DNA from: Styela clava
Lineage: Eukaryota
NCBI RefSeq assembly: GCF_964204865.1
Contig: NC_135257.1
Span: 11,346,001-11,410,000 of the forward strand
Reading direction: 5' to 3'
Length of the DNA stretch: 64,000 nt
The first letter of the stretch is position 1, and each line of letters opens with the position of its first letter. The notes below the pieces were generated by a model, which ran no database searches, was not told the origin of the DNA, and saw only the letters and a program-made list of their open reading frames with translations. A program made the position numbers and the translations under genes. Shown one piece after another: positions 47,501 through 60,902 of the stretch.

Positions 47501-49000
47501 TCATATCTATTGAAATCATTAAAATAGTAACTAAGGGATTCTAAATTGCATAACAGAGGTACATACATACACAATTAAAAATGCATGTTTTTACTCAGAG
47601 AAATTGCAGAATTACATTGAAAAACCTAGCATTGTTAGAAGAGCAGTTCATAACAATATAATTATAATTGAACTCTTGAGTGTATAAAATTTACATGCAT
47701 TGCACAATTACTTAGGGTTATATGAAATGTCTGTAATATCAATATAAACTTGGACTCAATTTTTATTTTCAAATATTTTCAGTCTCTAAACAAAGACACT
47801 TCACTATACAGTACTTGTAATATGTGATACGGGTGCATATGCAAATATCCAAGTGTCGAAATATAATTACAATTGCAAGTGTATTGTTACAAATGCAAAT
47901 TGAAATTACTTGAATGCAAATGTATACTACATGAATCATGTTCAGCAGGAAAACATTTCTTATATCAAATCCCACCTATAAACACTGACAGAGAGGCTGC
48001 CAATATACTTCTTGCAAAAATGACTTTTTGTCCAAACTTTCCTATCAATGGAACTGAATGCAATACAAGTTTCACTATAATACAGATGTACATAAACTAA
48101 ACTATTCATATCTGTATAAATAGGTGATTGAAAATTTTCTAAAGTGCCAATGCAAAAATGTGAGATTTGAGAAAATCACCCTCACCATTTTTTAAATCAA
48201 CAAATTAGTAAATATTCAGTTAGGGTTCAGGTCAGGAATGATTTCAGAATTTAAATTTCCACCACAATCTGCATTCCTAGCCCTCACCTAACCCTAACTG
48301 AATAAGGGTCTCATGTAGTTTCGTACCTAACGTACTTCTAGTGGGCGTAGCATAATTTTTTCATGTGTCAATCCTAACCCCCACCCAACTACACCATCCA
48401 AAAATTATGTCTCTACGACGTCACAGTGATGTAATAGAGCCTTTCAAACTATATGAACTGTCATCCAAGACGAGCACCCAAAATCGAACAGCTATTTCAC
48501 TCGTTTTCTCGTTACGATGATCCCAATATGAGAGAGAATGTTGACGTTAGTTATTTATCGTCGGCGGCGATGCCATTTCGGGTGATCGTACGTATATTTT
48601 GCAAGGTCTATGACGTGATTGTGATGTCGTAGTGACATAATTTTTGGACAGTGTAGTCAGATAAGTGTTAGGATTGACATATAAAAAAATTGTTATGCTA
48701 CTCCCACTAGAAGTACGTTAGGTACAAGAATAATTACTATTTCTTTCATTTTGAGCAGTGGCCTTGGTGTTTTTTGACGGATGCTCTGTACAAAAGATCC
48801 AAATTTTCATGGCATAAGCTTCAAAAAATTTAAAATATTTCACCTTAAGTCATGAATGAAGAGATGTAACAACATACATCACATATATCTGTATATTGAA
48901 TAAACTTGATAGTTCTATTGACTATCCATGCCCTATTTACCTGAAAAGTCAAACGGCGAAGATCTTGGAACTTCTGTCGTCCTGTTCGTTGCTGCCTCAT
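38530..49000 (-). CDS. Uncharacterised S/K/N-rich, probably disordered protein; 9 exons, 513 aa
   Basis: In-phase GT-AG exons 49000-48941, 47434-47289, 43348-43242, 42841-42743, 42264-42156, 41801-41672, 40320-39887, 39293-39205, 38897-38530 give one open frame from MRQQRTGRQKFQ to ...CYNGKPNP*. No domain recognised. Confidence 0.75.
43044..43215 (+). mobile_element. 5'-truncated SINE copy (same family as 20766-20925)
   Basis: GGCGTAGGGTGGTTCAC...CTGACATGGACTGGTAACCGGACGAGAGG...TATCCTA. Confidence 0.6.
44634..45133. mobile_element. Second copy of the 18876-19396 MITE, nested in the hAT element
   Basis: AAGAACCTTTCTCCGA ... TCGGGGAAAGGTCCAT; interior aligns with 18876-19396. Confidence 0.85.
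45237..46661. mobile_element. Inner Charlie/Buster-like hAT non-autonomous element
   Basis: TSD CTCTACCA (45229-45236, 46662-46669); TIRs CATAGGTTCTCAAA / TTTGAGAACCCCTG; subterminal GGGCTCCG repeats. Confidence 0.9.
48323..48725. mobile_element. Foldback-type MITE with ~120-bp inverted arms
   Basis: GTACCTAACGTACTTCTAGTGGG.GTAGCATAA... mirrored by ...TTATGCTACTCCCACTAGAAGTACGTTAGGTAC. Confidence 0.8.
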
Positions 49001-49105
49001 CTCAAGAAAAAATCACTACCACGTCTATTCTTATGCTCCCAGATCCAAAATCCCTATCGCACGTCGGTGGACATAAACCCTGTTAAAACTAACAACTGCG
49101 AAGTA

Positions 49106-49178
49106 ATTACATTTTTATAAAGATGATACCACATTACGCATTACATTTTTATAAAGATGATACCACATTACGCATTAC
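49106..49178. repeat. Perfect 34-bp tandem duplication in the divergent promoter region
   Basis: ATTACATTTTTATAAAGATGATACCACATTACGC x2 plus ATTAC. Confidence 0.9.
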
Positions 49179-49352
49179 TGTATAGTGTATATGGTTAAAT
49201 ATTGTACATAACAGAATTGAGAAATAACAATTGTTTGCCAATTTCTAACATTATTATTACTGATATATAGGCTACGGCGCTTATATAGTCTTTAGACGAC
49301 AGACAGACGGAGTGCAAAGCAGACGACTACCCGCTGAAATTGAAAAACAGAA

Positions 49353-49588
49353 TGTTTACAATTTTACGCGCGGTCGCCCATGATTTGGAAATAGGCGATG
49401 ATCTCGAAAAGTAATAACATTTCGGAGTATTGACTACAAATGAATAAAATGATCTAAAAAAAAAGATTAAAAGTTGCTTTTATATATTGTGTTATGGTAT
49501 CGTATCTAATTTACAAGATTTGACAAAATAAAATGAATTGATTGCCACCAAGTGGTTGATATTGTTTGACAATTGTTACCATGGTGAT
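49353..49588. promoter_or_regulatory. Candidate motile-cilia regulatory sites: forkhead-type TGTTTAC (49353) and RFX X-box-like GTTACCATGGTGAT (49575)
   Basis: Motif matches in the 1.3-kb head-to-head interval upstream of CFAP99; function inferred only. Confidence 0.45.
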
Positions 49589-50335
49589 CAATACCTTCTG
49601 CTTATTTAGCAGAGGAAGTTCCTGTGTTATTCCATTATGTATATAAATTATACATTTCCGTACTTGTTTATAAGTGTATAGATGTTTATTGACAATATAG
49701 CCGATAGAATATCGCATCCTGAAATCTATTGAGTAGAAGTAGTTGGTATTGCTGTATTCATCTCAATAATATACCTGGAATTCCAGAGATTGGGTTCCAT
49801 TTCAGCGTTTACAGGTTTAGTGTTTTTTATATATAACCCTGCTCAAACTCATGTAAATCCGGATTAAAATATAGTCCATTTCACAAATATAAAAACATTA
49901 ATTTGTTTAGAATAGCTCAATATCAGAATACAGGAATATGTCCACTATAAAAAGTATTTTATGTTTTGGTTATTTTTTGCATAAAGAATCGATTGTTTGA
50001 TTAGTTTGTTCTTTGTTGTTGTTGAATTATTATAGTAAGCCTTGATCAGGATAGCTTTATCCTTATAGTAAAAGTGTCTATTCAGCTGTTTCATTGTGAG
50101 AAAACAAAGCTTTACATAGTGTAGAAATATTTGTAGGAGTGTAATTCCAAAATTAAGCAATACAGTTCCATCCATTAATTTTGTACATGTAAAACTTACA
50201 TATATGAAACAGCTGAGAATTCATAACTGCTATTTGTTGCTGTGTATGTTCAATCAGACAATGTATTATTTTGAAGATTTCTAATTCTAGAAACTGGTAA
50301 TCTTATAATATTTATGAAAATTTTATCAATCAAAG

Positions 50336-53300
50336 ATGTTGTCTTACAAAGAACTACTAAGAATATGTATTGAAGCACTTAACATATTTAGTCCCGATGA
50401 TCAGAGTGTGGAAGAATTCATCAAAGACTTTCTCAAACGCAGGCCGGTAAGATAATTCAAGATTTAAGTATGGTATTGATTTAACAATGCTTATATACTT
50501 AGTTTTATCTTATCATTCATCCATATCAATGCTTATATTCGAGCATTTTTATACCTCTGGTTTCAAGATGGTTGGACAAAATAGTGTCACAAACTGAATA
50601 ATCTGGGCAGAACATCAGAGTTTTTTATCCTAGTATTCCCAGCTTCATTATTATTGTCTATCCTTTTATATTCGGGAAATTATCGCTCATTGTTATAAAT
50701 GGTTTTCTTCTTTCCAGGGACTGAATGATGATGACCATACTTTCATTGTTGAAGTACTTTCTGGATGTTTTGAATTCCGCAAAGTAATTAAGGTTGTTGT
50801 TGATGGCTTCCATGTTCTTGATGGTAAGAAAATCATATAAATCTTATCTATCAAAAACTTTTTCTGAATAATTCTATTGATTCATGATTGGATGATAACA
50901 TCTTTCCTTTTGTACACTGTGTTTTCTAATATTTTCTAACTTTGATCTATGATATCACTAGGTTTCACTTATTTTATAATATATTAGATTGAAAATAAAT
51001 ACTTTCTGTTTTATATCGCATGATAATTCGAAGATTATGTTTTTCAACACCGATTATGTCACTTGAATATATATATTTTTTTTTCTAATTCTGATTGAAT
51101 TATTTCCAGGGAGAAATAGTTTGGCTTCAGATACAAATTTATTCAATGTTCTCTGTTATCTGATTTTATTTCGGTTGGATGAACTTGGAATGTCACATAT
51201 GAAGAAATTTATACAGTCACAAGATGTCAACAAAATGTATAAGTAAGTAGTTTTCATAAGTATACTTTGATAAAAATTGAAATACCGGTATAATTTTATT
51301 TTACAATTGCAACAGCCAGGGAAAAATATTGTTAGTAGAATTTATTTATTTATTATAATTATCAAGCCCTGAATTCAATTGAAGACTATCAACTAGACCA
51401 GGGGTCCTCAAACTCGGGGTCCCGATTTCTTGTTGGTTCGCGAAAGGGCTAAATGGAGGTTGCGGTAACATCTTTTTTGGCACTAACTTATGTTAAAACA
51501 AAATATTGATAAATTTGTAAGATTTCGAACCAGTACTGAGACCAACCATAAATGAAATACAGCCAAGATTCGACCTTTTGTGTGAGAATATGCAAGCACA
51601 TCAGTCTTATTAAAAGTTGGGTCAAGTTTATTATTTTACCCAATATCTTCGGAAATATTATATTTTACTTTATTTTCATTTTTGTCCCCGGGGGTCACGA
51701 AAAAATTTGAAGAACACTGAACTAGACACTGTGCCCACTATTCACCATACTTTTGAGGGATTTTGCTTCATAAGATATTGCTTCAATGAGAAAAACTTTT
51801 ACAGATAGATATTTAAGTTTAATTTGCGTAGAACACTGTACATACATCGGCTATATTGTAAAATATTTTATTTCATGTTTCTTTTTTAATATTCATTTGT
51901 TCATATGCAGTTTTATATATTTTCTTTTTCATTTTCCAGATTTCTGAGATTTTTTCTCTCTGAGGCAAATTTAGACACTTGGATATACAGTGAATGGTGT
52001 AAGGAATATGATAGTCAATATGTTCAAGAAAAAATTATGCTGCCACTGATAAGGTATGTTTTTTATGCTTCAATATATATTTCGATCTTCAATTATGTGA
52101 AATATGGCTTTTCATAGTGCCAATTATAAATTTGTAAGATTTGACATAGTTAGGGATTTGCATAATGAGAAAGCTAAGATATACGGTATCCGTTATAGGC
52201 TCATGCTGAAAAAAATCTTAATGGCTTTATTGAATTTTAGTTGATACTCATAGTTTTACCCATAAAATAAATTCTGAATTATGTGAACCAAGATGGCGGA
52301 CACCAGAATGTAGTATGTGTACCAGGTTAGGGTTTGGCCATAATTTCAGGTACAAATACTACGAGAGTCACTTGGCTAGTCCCCGAATTCGTAATGGAAC
52401 TAAAATAAGGAAAATTAGAATAAAATTATGGCCTAACCCTAACCTGGTACACATACTACGTTCCAGTGTTCAAGCTATTTAAAATTTATCATTTAAAATT
52501 CACTTTTTCACTCTCTATAAGGTGGAAGCCTCAGTTGGATGAACATGTCGAATATCTCAGAGCTGTTGTTGAAAACAGAATTCCACTGAAAAAAACAGAT
52601 GTTCCATTGACTAATCCTCAACCATTTAATATCACAAAGCCGAAACCTCGAGGTGTACCCATGCCAGATAAAATTCCAAAATTGACTAGACACAAACCAG
52701 TACCAGAGCATCTTTACAGGTATTATTAGAGTGATATTTTTGTAATCCATTTTACATACGATTTTTCTTGATAACAAATTCGGTTCGGGTAATTTGTATT
52801 GAGAGTGTCGCCAAAAGCTTCTATTTGGTTATCTTCTCCGTCAGTTGATTGATTTACTACTTCGGTATATATTGTACTCCGACTGTCTTAAATAGTATTG
52901 TCCATAAGATAACAGCTGGATTAGCCAGAACAGCTAACCTTTCTCCTGTCGTTCACCACTCCTCTCTCTCTAACTTCTTTGTTCCTATAAGTCTATTTAT
53001 ATGGAATTGGGGGTTTCTCAATTTAGAGGATAATTTGTCTATCTTTATTTATTACTTTTCCGAGAAGAAGGTTTTTCTTGACCAATCAAATTCAAGTTTG
53101 TCTCGTTTTTGATAGGAGGAATTTTGGGTGCGGATAATTTCTTGGCATGGTTATTTAGGTCAATTATCTTGTAAAGTTATGAAATGACCTAGTTTTATGT
53201 CTAAAAATAGCAATGATTTGTGAGTATGAATCATTTTATGCTCCTTGAAATTTACAGGTGCTAAGTCGAAAGTCAAGGTTTTAAGATTAATTGTGGTAAT

Positions 53301-56300
53301 ATTCGATGATTTAAAGTGACAAATTGCAAATTTGTTACAAGAGAATACAGGCCCCACTCATTTAGAGGATAAAGTGTATTTTTTATTCGGATATTGTTTC
53401 CTGCTCTGAATAAAACTCTGAACATGCTGTCAATGATAGGGTATTACTAAATACCAAAAGATTACCAAGTTGTTTTATCAATATACTAAACTTGGAATTA
53501 CAGTAAACATATTATAGCTAAACCTATAGGAAAGCCTTCTCACTAATAATGAACCTTCCACCGAAGTATAATAAATCACAAGGATATTTTTCCAATCTGT
53601 TAATTGAGAATCTATTTTCAAATGTGATTCAATTTACCATAATTTAGCACAGCTTATTAGATGCAAAATGGACCCATTATTTTATATTATTATGTTGTTG
53701 TTGGAATTCTTTTTCTCGCTTACGTATGTTGTAATTGAAAAAAAACGCTACTGCTTTCTTGGTTGAAGATTGTTGTTGTCATTAGAAGACTATTACCGGT
53801 ACTATTATTATTTTCCAAAAATTTTAATCACCAGTAAGGTTTACTCAACCAGTAAACATTGTATGAATATTTATGACACTTTTGAATTTTTTGTAATAAA
53901 GTTATTTTCATATATCTAATATAAATTATAACCTAATATACTAATACATAAAGATTAAATTTTTTTATAATATTTGAGATCAAATTTTTCAACTTCCATT
54001 CCTTATTTTAAAAAAAGTACAAAAAAGGATGTACCGTAGATACGGTCAGAACTGGGGAACTGATTCAAAATCACAGTAGGTTCGCCTCCGGAGACACAAT
54101 ATATTCAAACTGTGACTCCAGCTCCGGAACTTCATTTTTTTAAATCGGAGCTGGTCTCCAGCTGCATACCCACGAAGGCTTTCAGCCCAGCCCTGAATAC
54201 AACATGGAGTCATATGTATAATTGTGCATTTCAAATTGCAGGCAACCAAAAGAAATAGAAAATCTTGCAAGAATCCGAGAAGAAAATCGACAAAAAGCTG
54301 AAGAGTTTTTATTGGAAACAGAATCAGATCAATTCAAGTGTGCTAATGCAGAAAAGTCTACAAGAGCTAATGTAAATATTTCCATACAATTTCCATGACA
54401 ATTTCTAAAAATTTTCAAATAGATCTAGGACCTTGATTATATTAAAGCATGGAGGAATTTGAGGATATATTGATGGAAAATATTTGCTAACTAAAAAAGT
54501 TTTTGCCTTCACAATAAACAAGCCTGAATACAAGCCGTCACCGGAATGTGTAGAGTGAGAGGTTGATAAAAAACCAAGCTTTTTAAACTGTGATACCAAT
54601 ATAAGGATTTGGACCAGTTGCATGCCAATCAATCTCACATTATATGAGTTTACAAACACTGTATCCTTCAATTATTCCAGATGGTTATGAACAGGATAAG
54701 AGAAGAAGAAGAAGCAAAATTAAATTTCAATAAACGACATTCACAACCTATTCCAAAGAGCATGGTGGGTAGCATAATATTATTACTCTCATCTTATTCT
54801 GCTCGTATATGTATGTTGCGTATTTTCAGTATTGGTGGAAAAATAAATTACTGATTACTGATGGCCAAATTATTGTCACTTGTTCTGAAATTTTATATCT
54901 ATATTTTTAGACGCAGAATCGACCAATCAAAATGAATGCTGCAGCAATTTTAAGAGAAGGAGCTTTGTTTAGAAAAAAAGAAGGCGAAGAGTTAGTCAAG
55001 TATGTCTAATACTTTAGATTTTCTTTTAAAAATAGAATAAAACTACAGTAAATGTTCAAATCACCAGTGGTTTCTATGTTTGTGGTGCATGATAGCAAAA
55101 CTGTATAGGGTTTTGAGACAACAGGGCGAATGTTAAAATTTAATAAAAAAAATTTATTTTATATTATTACAAAGAAGTAGACGCTCCTTAAACTGGTATC
55201 TGGCAATAGTTTGAAGCAATATTCAACAAAGTATTTCAATGTAAAGTTTGAAGTGAAATAAGAAAATATATATATGTTTTTTCATTTTCTTAAAACCGTA
55301 TTTTCAAGTTCCCTCCTTTTGGTTTGAAGCCTTCTTTAGATAAATGATGTAACAGTAGGTAAATATTCAATTTTCGCCATTTCAATTTTTCCGAAAACAA
55401 GTTTAAAACAGGTAGGTTTTTAAAATGAATATATCATTTTCAACAACTGATTAAAGTGAACGTGTATTAAACAAGTGTGTTAAACCAGACATAAGTGTTG
55501 GATTTTCTATTCAACAGACTAGAAAAGCTTCTTGATGGTGCAAAAGATGCTTCAGAATTTGAATCTTGGCAACAGAAAAAATTAGAAAAAGACAGAAAAC
55601 AAAAGGAAACGGATCTGGAACGTAAAAGAATGCAAGGAAAATTAAGCAGAGAAGAAGCAATCATTGCAAGGCAACGAAAGGCCAAAGAAAATCAAGAAAA
55701 GGTAATGGTTCTTTGTACAATAGAACAAATACTACTACAAAGCTACTTGAATATGTATGTATCTGTTATTTCGGTATCGGTTTGAAAAAATATCTCTCCA
55801 CAATCACCCGGGAATATAGTGTACAATACAGATGCCTTAAGATGAAGTGATTTGGGCTTGCTTACCTTATTGTGTTAGAGCATCACAGCCACAGGTACTT
55901 TGCTGATGGTTCTGAAAAAAAAACCTAAGTTAAATTTTCAGCTCTATGCAGTACCATATGGAATTGAGGTCATGAGTTTAATTTATGGGTATGATGTACT
56001 ATTTAATTTTTTGGTAACTGAATGTATGTTAAAGTAATTTGTCAGAATCAAATCTTGTTATTTTCCATTCTTTTCTTCAATTTATTAAATTTTTATACTG
56101 TTTCCAGGTGACAGAAATGAAGATGGAGACTGCAGAAATGATGCAAGAGTTTCTAACTTTAAGGATGGAAGAAGAAGATCAAATGAGAAGCTTAGTTGAA
56201 GAAATCATGGCTGGACATGAAAATACTAAAATTGTGAAAGAAAGATTGAAGGAATATAAAAGAAAATTAGGTAAATGCATTCACTTCAAATGTGTATGTT

Positions 56301-58234
56301 GCAAGCGTGTGATGACATTGCAGTTAAAGCGTTGGCATCCCAGGTTGAAAATCTTGGGTTCAAATCCCATCCTCGTTGGTCGCCGCCCAGGGAGTGATGC
56401 ATGTAACTAATGTATATTGGTTAGGCATCACCGAAATGATCTTGCCTATTCGTCCTCTTGAAACTTTTACAAACTAACATGAGCGGTTTTTGTTGAAGAA
56501 TGTTTTGTCTTCTTTGTGTCCTTGTGGATTTAGTTATCAATGCGCAGTAGAAATCCATCTTTCGACATACTTCTGATATTCATTTTCTGTTGCCAATTCT
56601 AGTTCAAGATGTAAATGCACAAAGTAGAGAACTAATGAAGCAAGCACTAGAAGATGCAGAGGCAGAAATGAGAAGAAAAATCGAACTCATCCAAGAAATT
56701 CGTGCAATGGAATCTATTCCAATTAACAGGTAATTTATGTTTTTGCTGTGAACAAAGCTGGAACACTTGTGGTTCAACATACGGCACCTTTCCCAACCTC
56801 TTACACCCTAGGTGAGGTCTCAAATTAAGTTGAATAATGGGACTGACCTGTTTGAACCCAAAATATATAACAAACCATATTTGCATTGCAATTATAAGTC
56901 TCATTGGCTGTATTCCTTGAATTTACAGGGATGAAAAAGTCCATCAAAATCACGTTTACATATATATAATACACTTCCTTGAAACGCCTCATGTAAGAAA
57001 ATATCTTTCGATATGAAAAAACATTGCTTTTTCAACGATATAAAATCTATTTTTAAAACAGAAATAAACTTGTTGATCTAACTGCAACTGCCGGTCATGC
57101 TCTGCTATCCGAGATGTCAATTGTTGAATTGAGAGAACGACTAAGTTTGTTGAAAGAAGAGAAAAAGGCTGTTGAAGAACAAAGGAGAGATGCAAATATA
57201 CAAGAAAAACAAGCTAAAAATGACAGATTAATGGAAAATCTTGCTTGCATCTCAGTTCATAGAAGAGAGATGACAAAAGCAGCAGCAATGAAGTAAGTTT
57301 GGTATATCACTGTACCTTAATAAAAAAGTATATACTCCAATTTCTCAGCACCACTCTAATTTTCTAAAATACCATAATGCTATTCAAAAAATCCAGATAT
57401 TTGAAAGTATGGTATGATAAAATCGCCAATATTGATAAACTTCTTCATTTCATCATGCGAGTTCTCATTTTTTGTCTCCATGTACTTTTATTATTAATTC
57501 TGGTATACTCGTGGTCCCAAGGCTTCCCGCACATAAACATAAATTATCATACATTTGAATGAGAGATTTCATTGCAATCGACAGGTAGTCATAAAGTGCA
57601 GAATTGGCCACCATAACTCCACCGCACTTCAGTGTAGAACTCCCAACTATATGGATAATGAAAACTGTGCCACTATTGGGTTGTTTTGACAATAATAGCA
57701 AACTATTTAAAATTACCGAATATGTTTATATATATGCCCTTTGCTTCAGGGCAAAACAACAAAGCGAATTAGCAGACAGACAGAAGAGAGATCTTGAGAG
57801 TGATGAAAATTTACAGAAATTGAAGAAACAGCTTGAGGACAAAAAAGCCGAACGATTGAAGTTGTCAAGGGAACTAGAAGTAAAACCTACACCTTCATCT
57901 GCAACAAGGACGAGGAAATTACTGAAGTAAGTGTGGAAAATTAGATCACAGTTAGTTGTAGGGATGGTTATATGATCCAAATCACCAGGGTAATAAATAC
58001 ACTTGGACATTGACACAATTTTAAACTTGATTGTTGAAGTGATCAAGTTGGTACATGTTGGGTACATTCTCCCGCATTTTTATTTTGCTTTTTAGAGAAC
58101 GAAAACAACAAGAGACAACTCGATGGCGACAACTGGAATCAAGTCAAATGCGACTCGCAAAATTACGAGCGGGTAATCTTAGCTCCGTTCCCACCAGGGA
58201 TAAATCAAACAGAGGAACTGCCATAATCACTTAA
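50336..58234 (+). CDS. CFAP99: Cilia- and flagella-associated protein 99; 14 exons, 661 aa
   Basis: In-phase exons 50336-50446, 50718-50823, 51110-51242, 51940-52053, 52522-52719, 54242-54371, 54681-54764, 54911-54999, 55518-55701, 56108-56270, 56603-56729, 57062-57292, 57750-57926, 58096-58234. FIVEVLSGCFEFRK..VVVDGF, LCYL..FRLDELG, KMYKFLRFF, WIYSEW match the recalled human CFAP99; coiled-coil C-terminal half. AATAAA at 58276. Confidence 0.88.
51399..51719. mobile_element. 321-bp Charlie/Buster-like hAT MITE in CFAP99 intron 3
   Basis: TSD AACTAGAC on both sides; TIRs CAGGGGTCCTCAAA / TTTGAAGAACACTG. Confidence 0.85.
52306..52463. repeat. Hairpin mini-element with TTAGGG-containing arms (related hairpins at 48213-48303 and ~13440-13494)
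   Basis: GAATGTAGTATGTGTACCAGGTTAGGGTTTGGCCATAATTT / AAATTATGGCCTAACCCTAACCTGGTACACATACTACGTTC. Confidence 0.8.
52800..53750 (-). mobile_element. Possible decayed non-LTR retrotransposon fragment in CFAP99 intron 5
   Basis: Minus strand is A-rich and coding-like, with short interrupted peptides reminiscent of L1/Tx1-type ORF2 downstream of RT; no intact diagnostic motif. Confidence 0.25.
56305..56400 (+). mobile_element. Degenerate tRNA-like SINE head
   Basis: B-box GGTTCAAATCC at ~56357 with a weak upstream A-box; no full cloverleaf. Confidence 0.35.
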
Positions 58235-59693
58235 TTTTTTTTTTTTAGTTGCTTATTTTATCCGTAAAAATTATAAATAAAAATTTTGATGTAAAAAGTA
58301 AAATAAATGAGTTTAACTTGTTGCTTTGAAGTATTGTTTAAAATCGTTGATGGTATTATGAATATAAAAAGCCATCTCGATACACTACTTCTCAATATGT
58401 AATAATATATTAAACCCAGTCATTTCGTGTATGTTTATAGCGGCGTATCCAGGATCTCGTTGAGTATGGAAGAGGGATTCTTCAACCCAAAAGTTTTTGA
58501 CATCAATTTTTGTTTTTGAACGTTAGCTGACCGCAGCATATAGGTAACACGCACTACAGCTGTAATATTTGGCGTTTCGAAAGTTATATTATATTTATGC
58601 ATAGCGTGTCATGTTGATGTAACTTAAGTATTGACATACATATATTTTCTGTAATGAAGGAAACTGTCTGTTGGTGAATTCGATACAAAAATCAAACTTC
58701 TGACTCCCATCATTGGCGGTACGCCGATAGTACATGTATTGGTTCAAAAACATGCATATATTGTTGTTTACACAAAATATTGCATCCGTCATTGAGGCCT
58801 GAACTATTGAATTGTTATCCAATTAACGTGGCTATACCATGTAAAATGAAATCCCGAACATTTTTCATTACTAGTAATTTGTCCTTCTGTACCACTCTTA
58901 ATGTCATCATCGGATAGTTGGTGTTCAAGGACAGAATAGTGTTTTTCATACCGTTTAATCACTCCAATGCAAATTTTAAATAACTGAGCAGAGGTGTCGA
59001 GTTACAGCTATAACGTACTTTCAGTTTCGTGAATTCCAGTCACACACTATTCAACTACAGTTCGCGTAGTATTAATTGAAGACTAATGAGTAATCAACGA
59101 GAGCACTAATGTTTTATGTTCACGGCACTTGTATCAGTTAAAATAAAACGAAATTAATTTGGATGACGAAAGTTCTACTTCTAGATATGACGCAGAAATT
59201 ACGTGGTATAATTACGTTGCGTGACTGAGTCAGCATCAGAAAATTTCTTAATCGATCCTCATTCCGACGAGGACGACTCCGTTAATTCAGAATCACATTT
59301 TGTCTTGGGGTGGATTATAGTCTTAAGTACAGCCATTAACTTGTAACTAAGAGAGAGAGAGAATGATATATTTATTATCCCAAAAATAAAGTGTCAACAC
59401 TACCATAAACATAAGTCAATGAGGATAATAATTTAACAGTGATTGTAAATCGTTCGGTGCGGGTCAGTGTGCAAGACCGCTGAAGGTTATCCATAGACTC
59501 CCCTCAGCAATCAATCGATAAGATTATTAGTAAGTGAGCCTGTGCCAAAACTCTGAACTAGCCATTCAGAACACAATTATGTAAGTACCGTAACGTGTGT
59601 GACTGTTTCTGTTGAGTTTTAGCGCTCACTCGAACTTCACCTCACATTCATCGAAAAGTCGGTAAGTTGCCAGTTTTTAGTATTAATTCAACC

Positions 59694-60902
59694 CAGTGGT
59701 TCCCAACCTGGGTGCCGTGGAACATTGATGTGCCGCGAAGAGATTTCATTTTTATATTTAATTCAAGTGGTTCCAATTTCCAATCCCTTGAATTCCACAA
59801 GAACGGCTCCCACGCCTTTTGCTAACAAACAAATGTCAAACAAAGTAACATATTTTTGTGCGAAATTTTTTCCAAATTTGTCCAAAGAATTATTATTTGA
59901 CTAGTACAATTGCCATTATTGCCGATTTATTGAATTACCATTTAAACTCAAAATAACATTCAGGAGTCACGCGATGACTTTGCAGGGTGTTTATTCACTA
60001 TTTAAGAAAATGCCCATTTGAACGCATAGTTCTCCCATGAATATAAAATCAAACGTTGCGTAAGAGGTAGTCCTTGTAAAAAATGTGAAAAAAGCTCACC
60101 AACATTGAATGCCTAGCATTCTAGATGTTCGTTGTATGTGTATTAAAAATACCCGATATTCGACAATTTGTTAAAAATATTCTATCATATCTCGAACACA
60201 GAAACGGTTATTATTCAAATAGTTTCTGCGTTCTTGAAAAGTCGAATAAGCGTTTCGACATAGTAAATGCTACGATCAAATTATGCTCGGGCCTTGCACG
60301 AAATTCATAACGTGAAAAGAATCGTCCATCGGTGAAAATTGTTTATAACAACTTAACCTATTTAGTGTTTTTAGCGATAATAAATAATTGTTGTAATGAA
60401 ATACGGTGTGTTTGCCTCTTTCATTTGTTTCGCTAGTGCCGAGAATTACACCATTGAATAATTTTTGCAATGAGAGAAACATATTAAATTGTAACAAAAA
60501 TGTATTAGGTTGTGCAAAAGTGAGAATACCTTTGATAATAATAAGGTGTAACGTGGATCGGGGAAGGGCGAGAAAAACCCAAGCGTATTCGCGTCACGTA
60601 TTACCCGTACGGACGCGCATCTTTTACAATAATGTGAGGTGCTTCGAAGGTGGGTCTCGTGTACATCATAAGAAAAAAGTTATATTATCGGTAACTATTA
60701 ACCATCTATTTTAAATACAGGGTATGTTGTATTAACAAGAATTGAATTTCCCTTATCTGATCTTCTATGTTTTTTATTATTTTATAGCTAAATGGCTTCA
60801 AGAGTAGGAAATGTTCCCGTTTTGTGTTATAGGTGTGCCGCGAATGTTTAAATAGCTTAATATTGTGCCGCGACATAAAAAAAAAAAGGTCGGGAACCAC
60901 TG
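59694..60902. mobile_element. 1.2-kb non-autonomous hAT element
   Basis: TSD ATTCAACC on both sides; TIRs CAGTGGTTCCCAACC / GGTCGGGAACCACTG; subterminal GTGCCGCG repeats. Confidence 0.9.
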
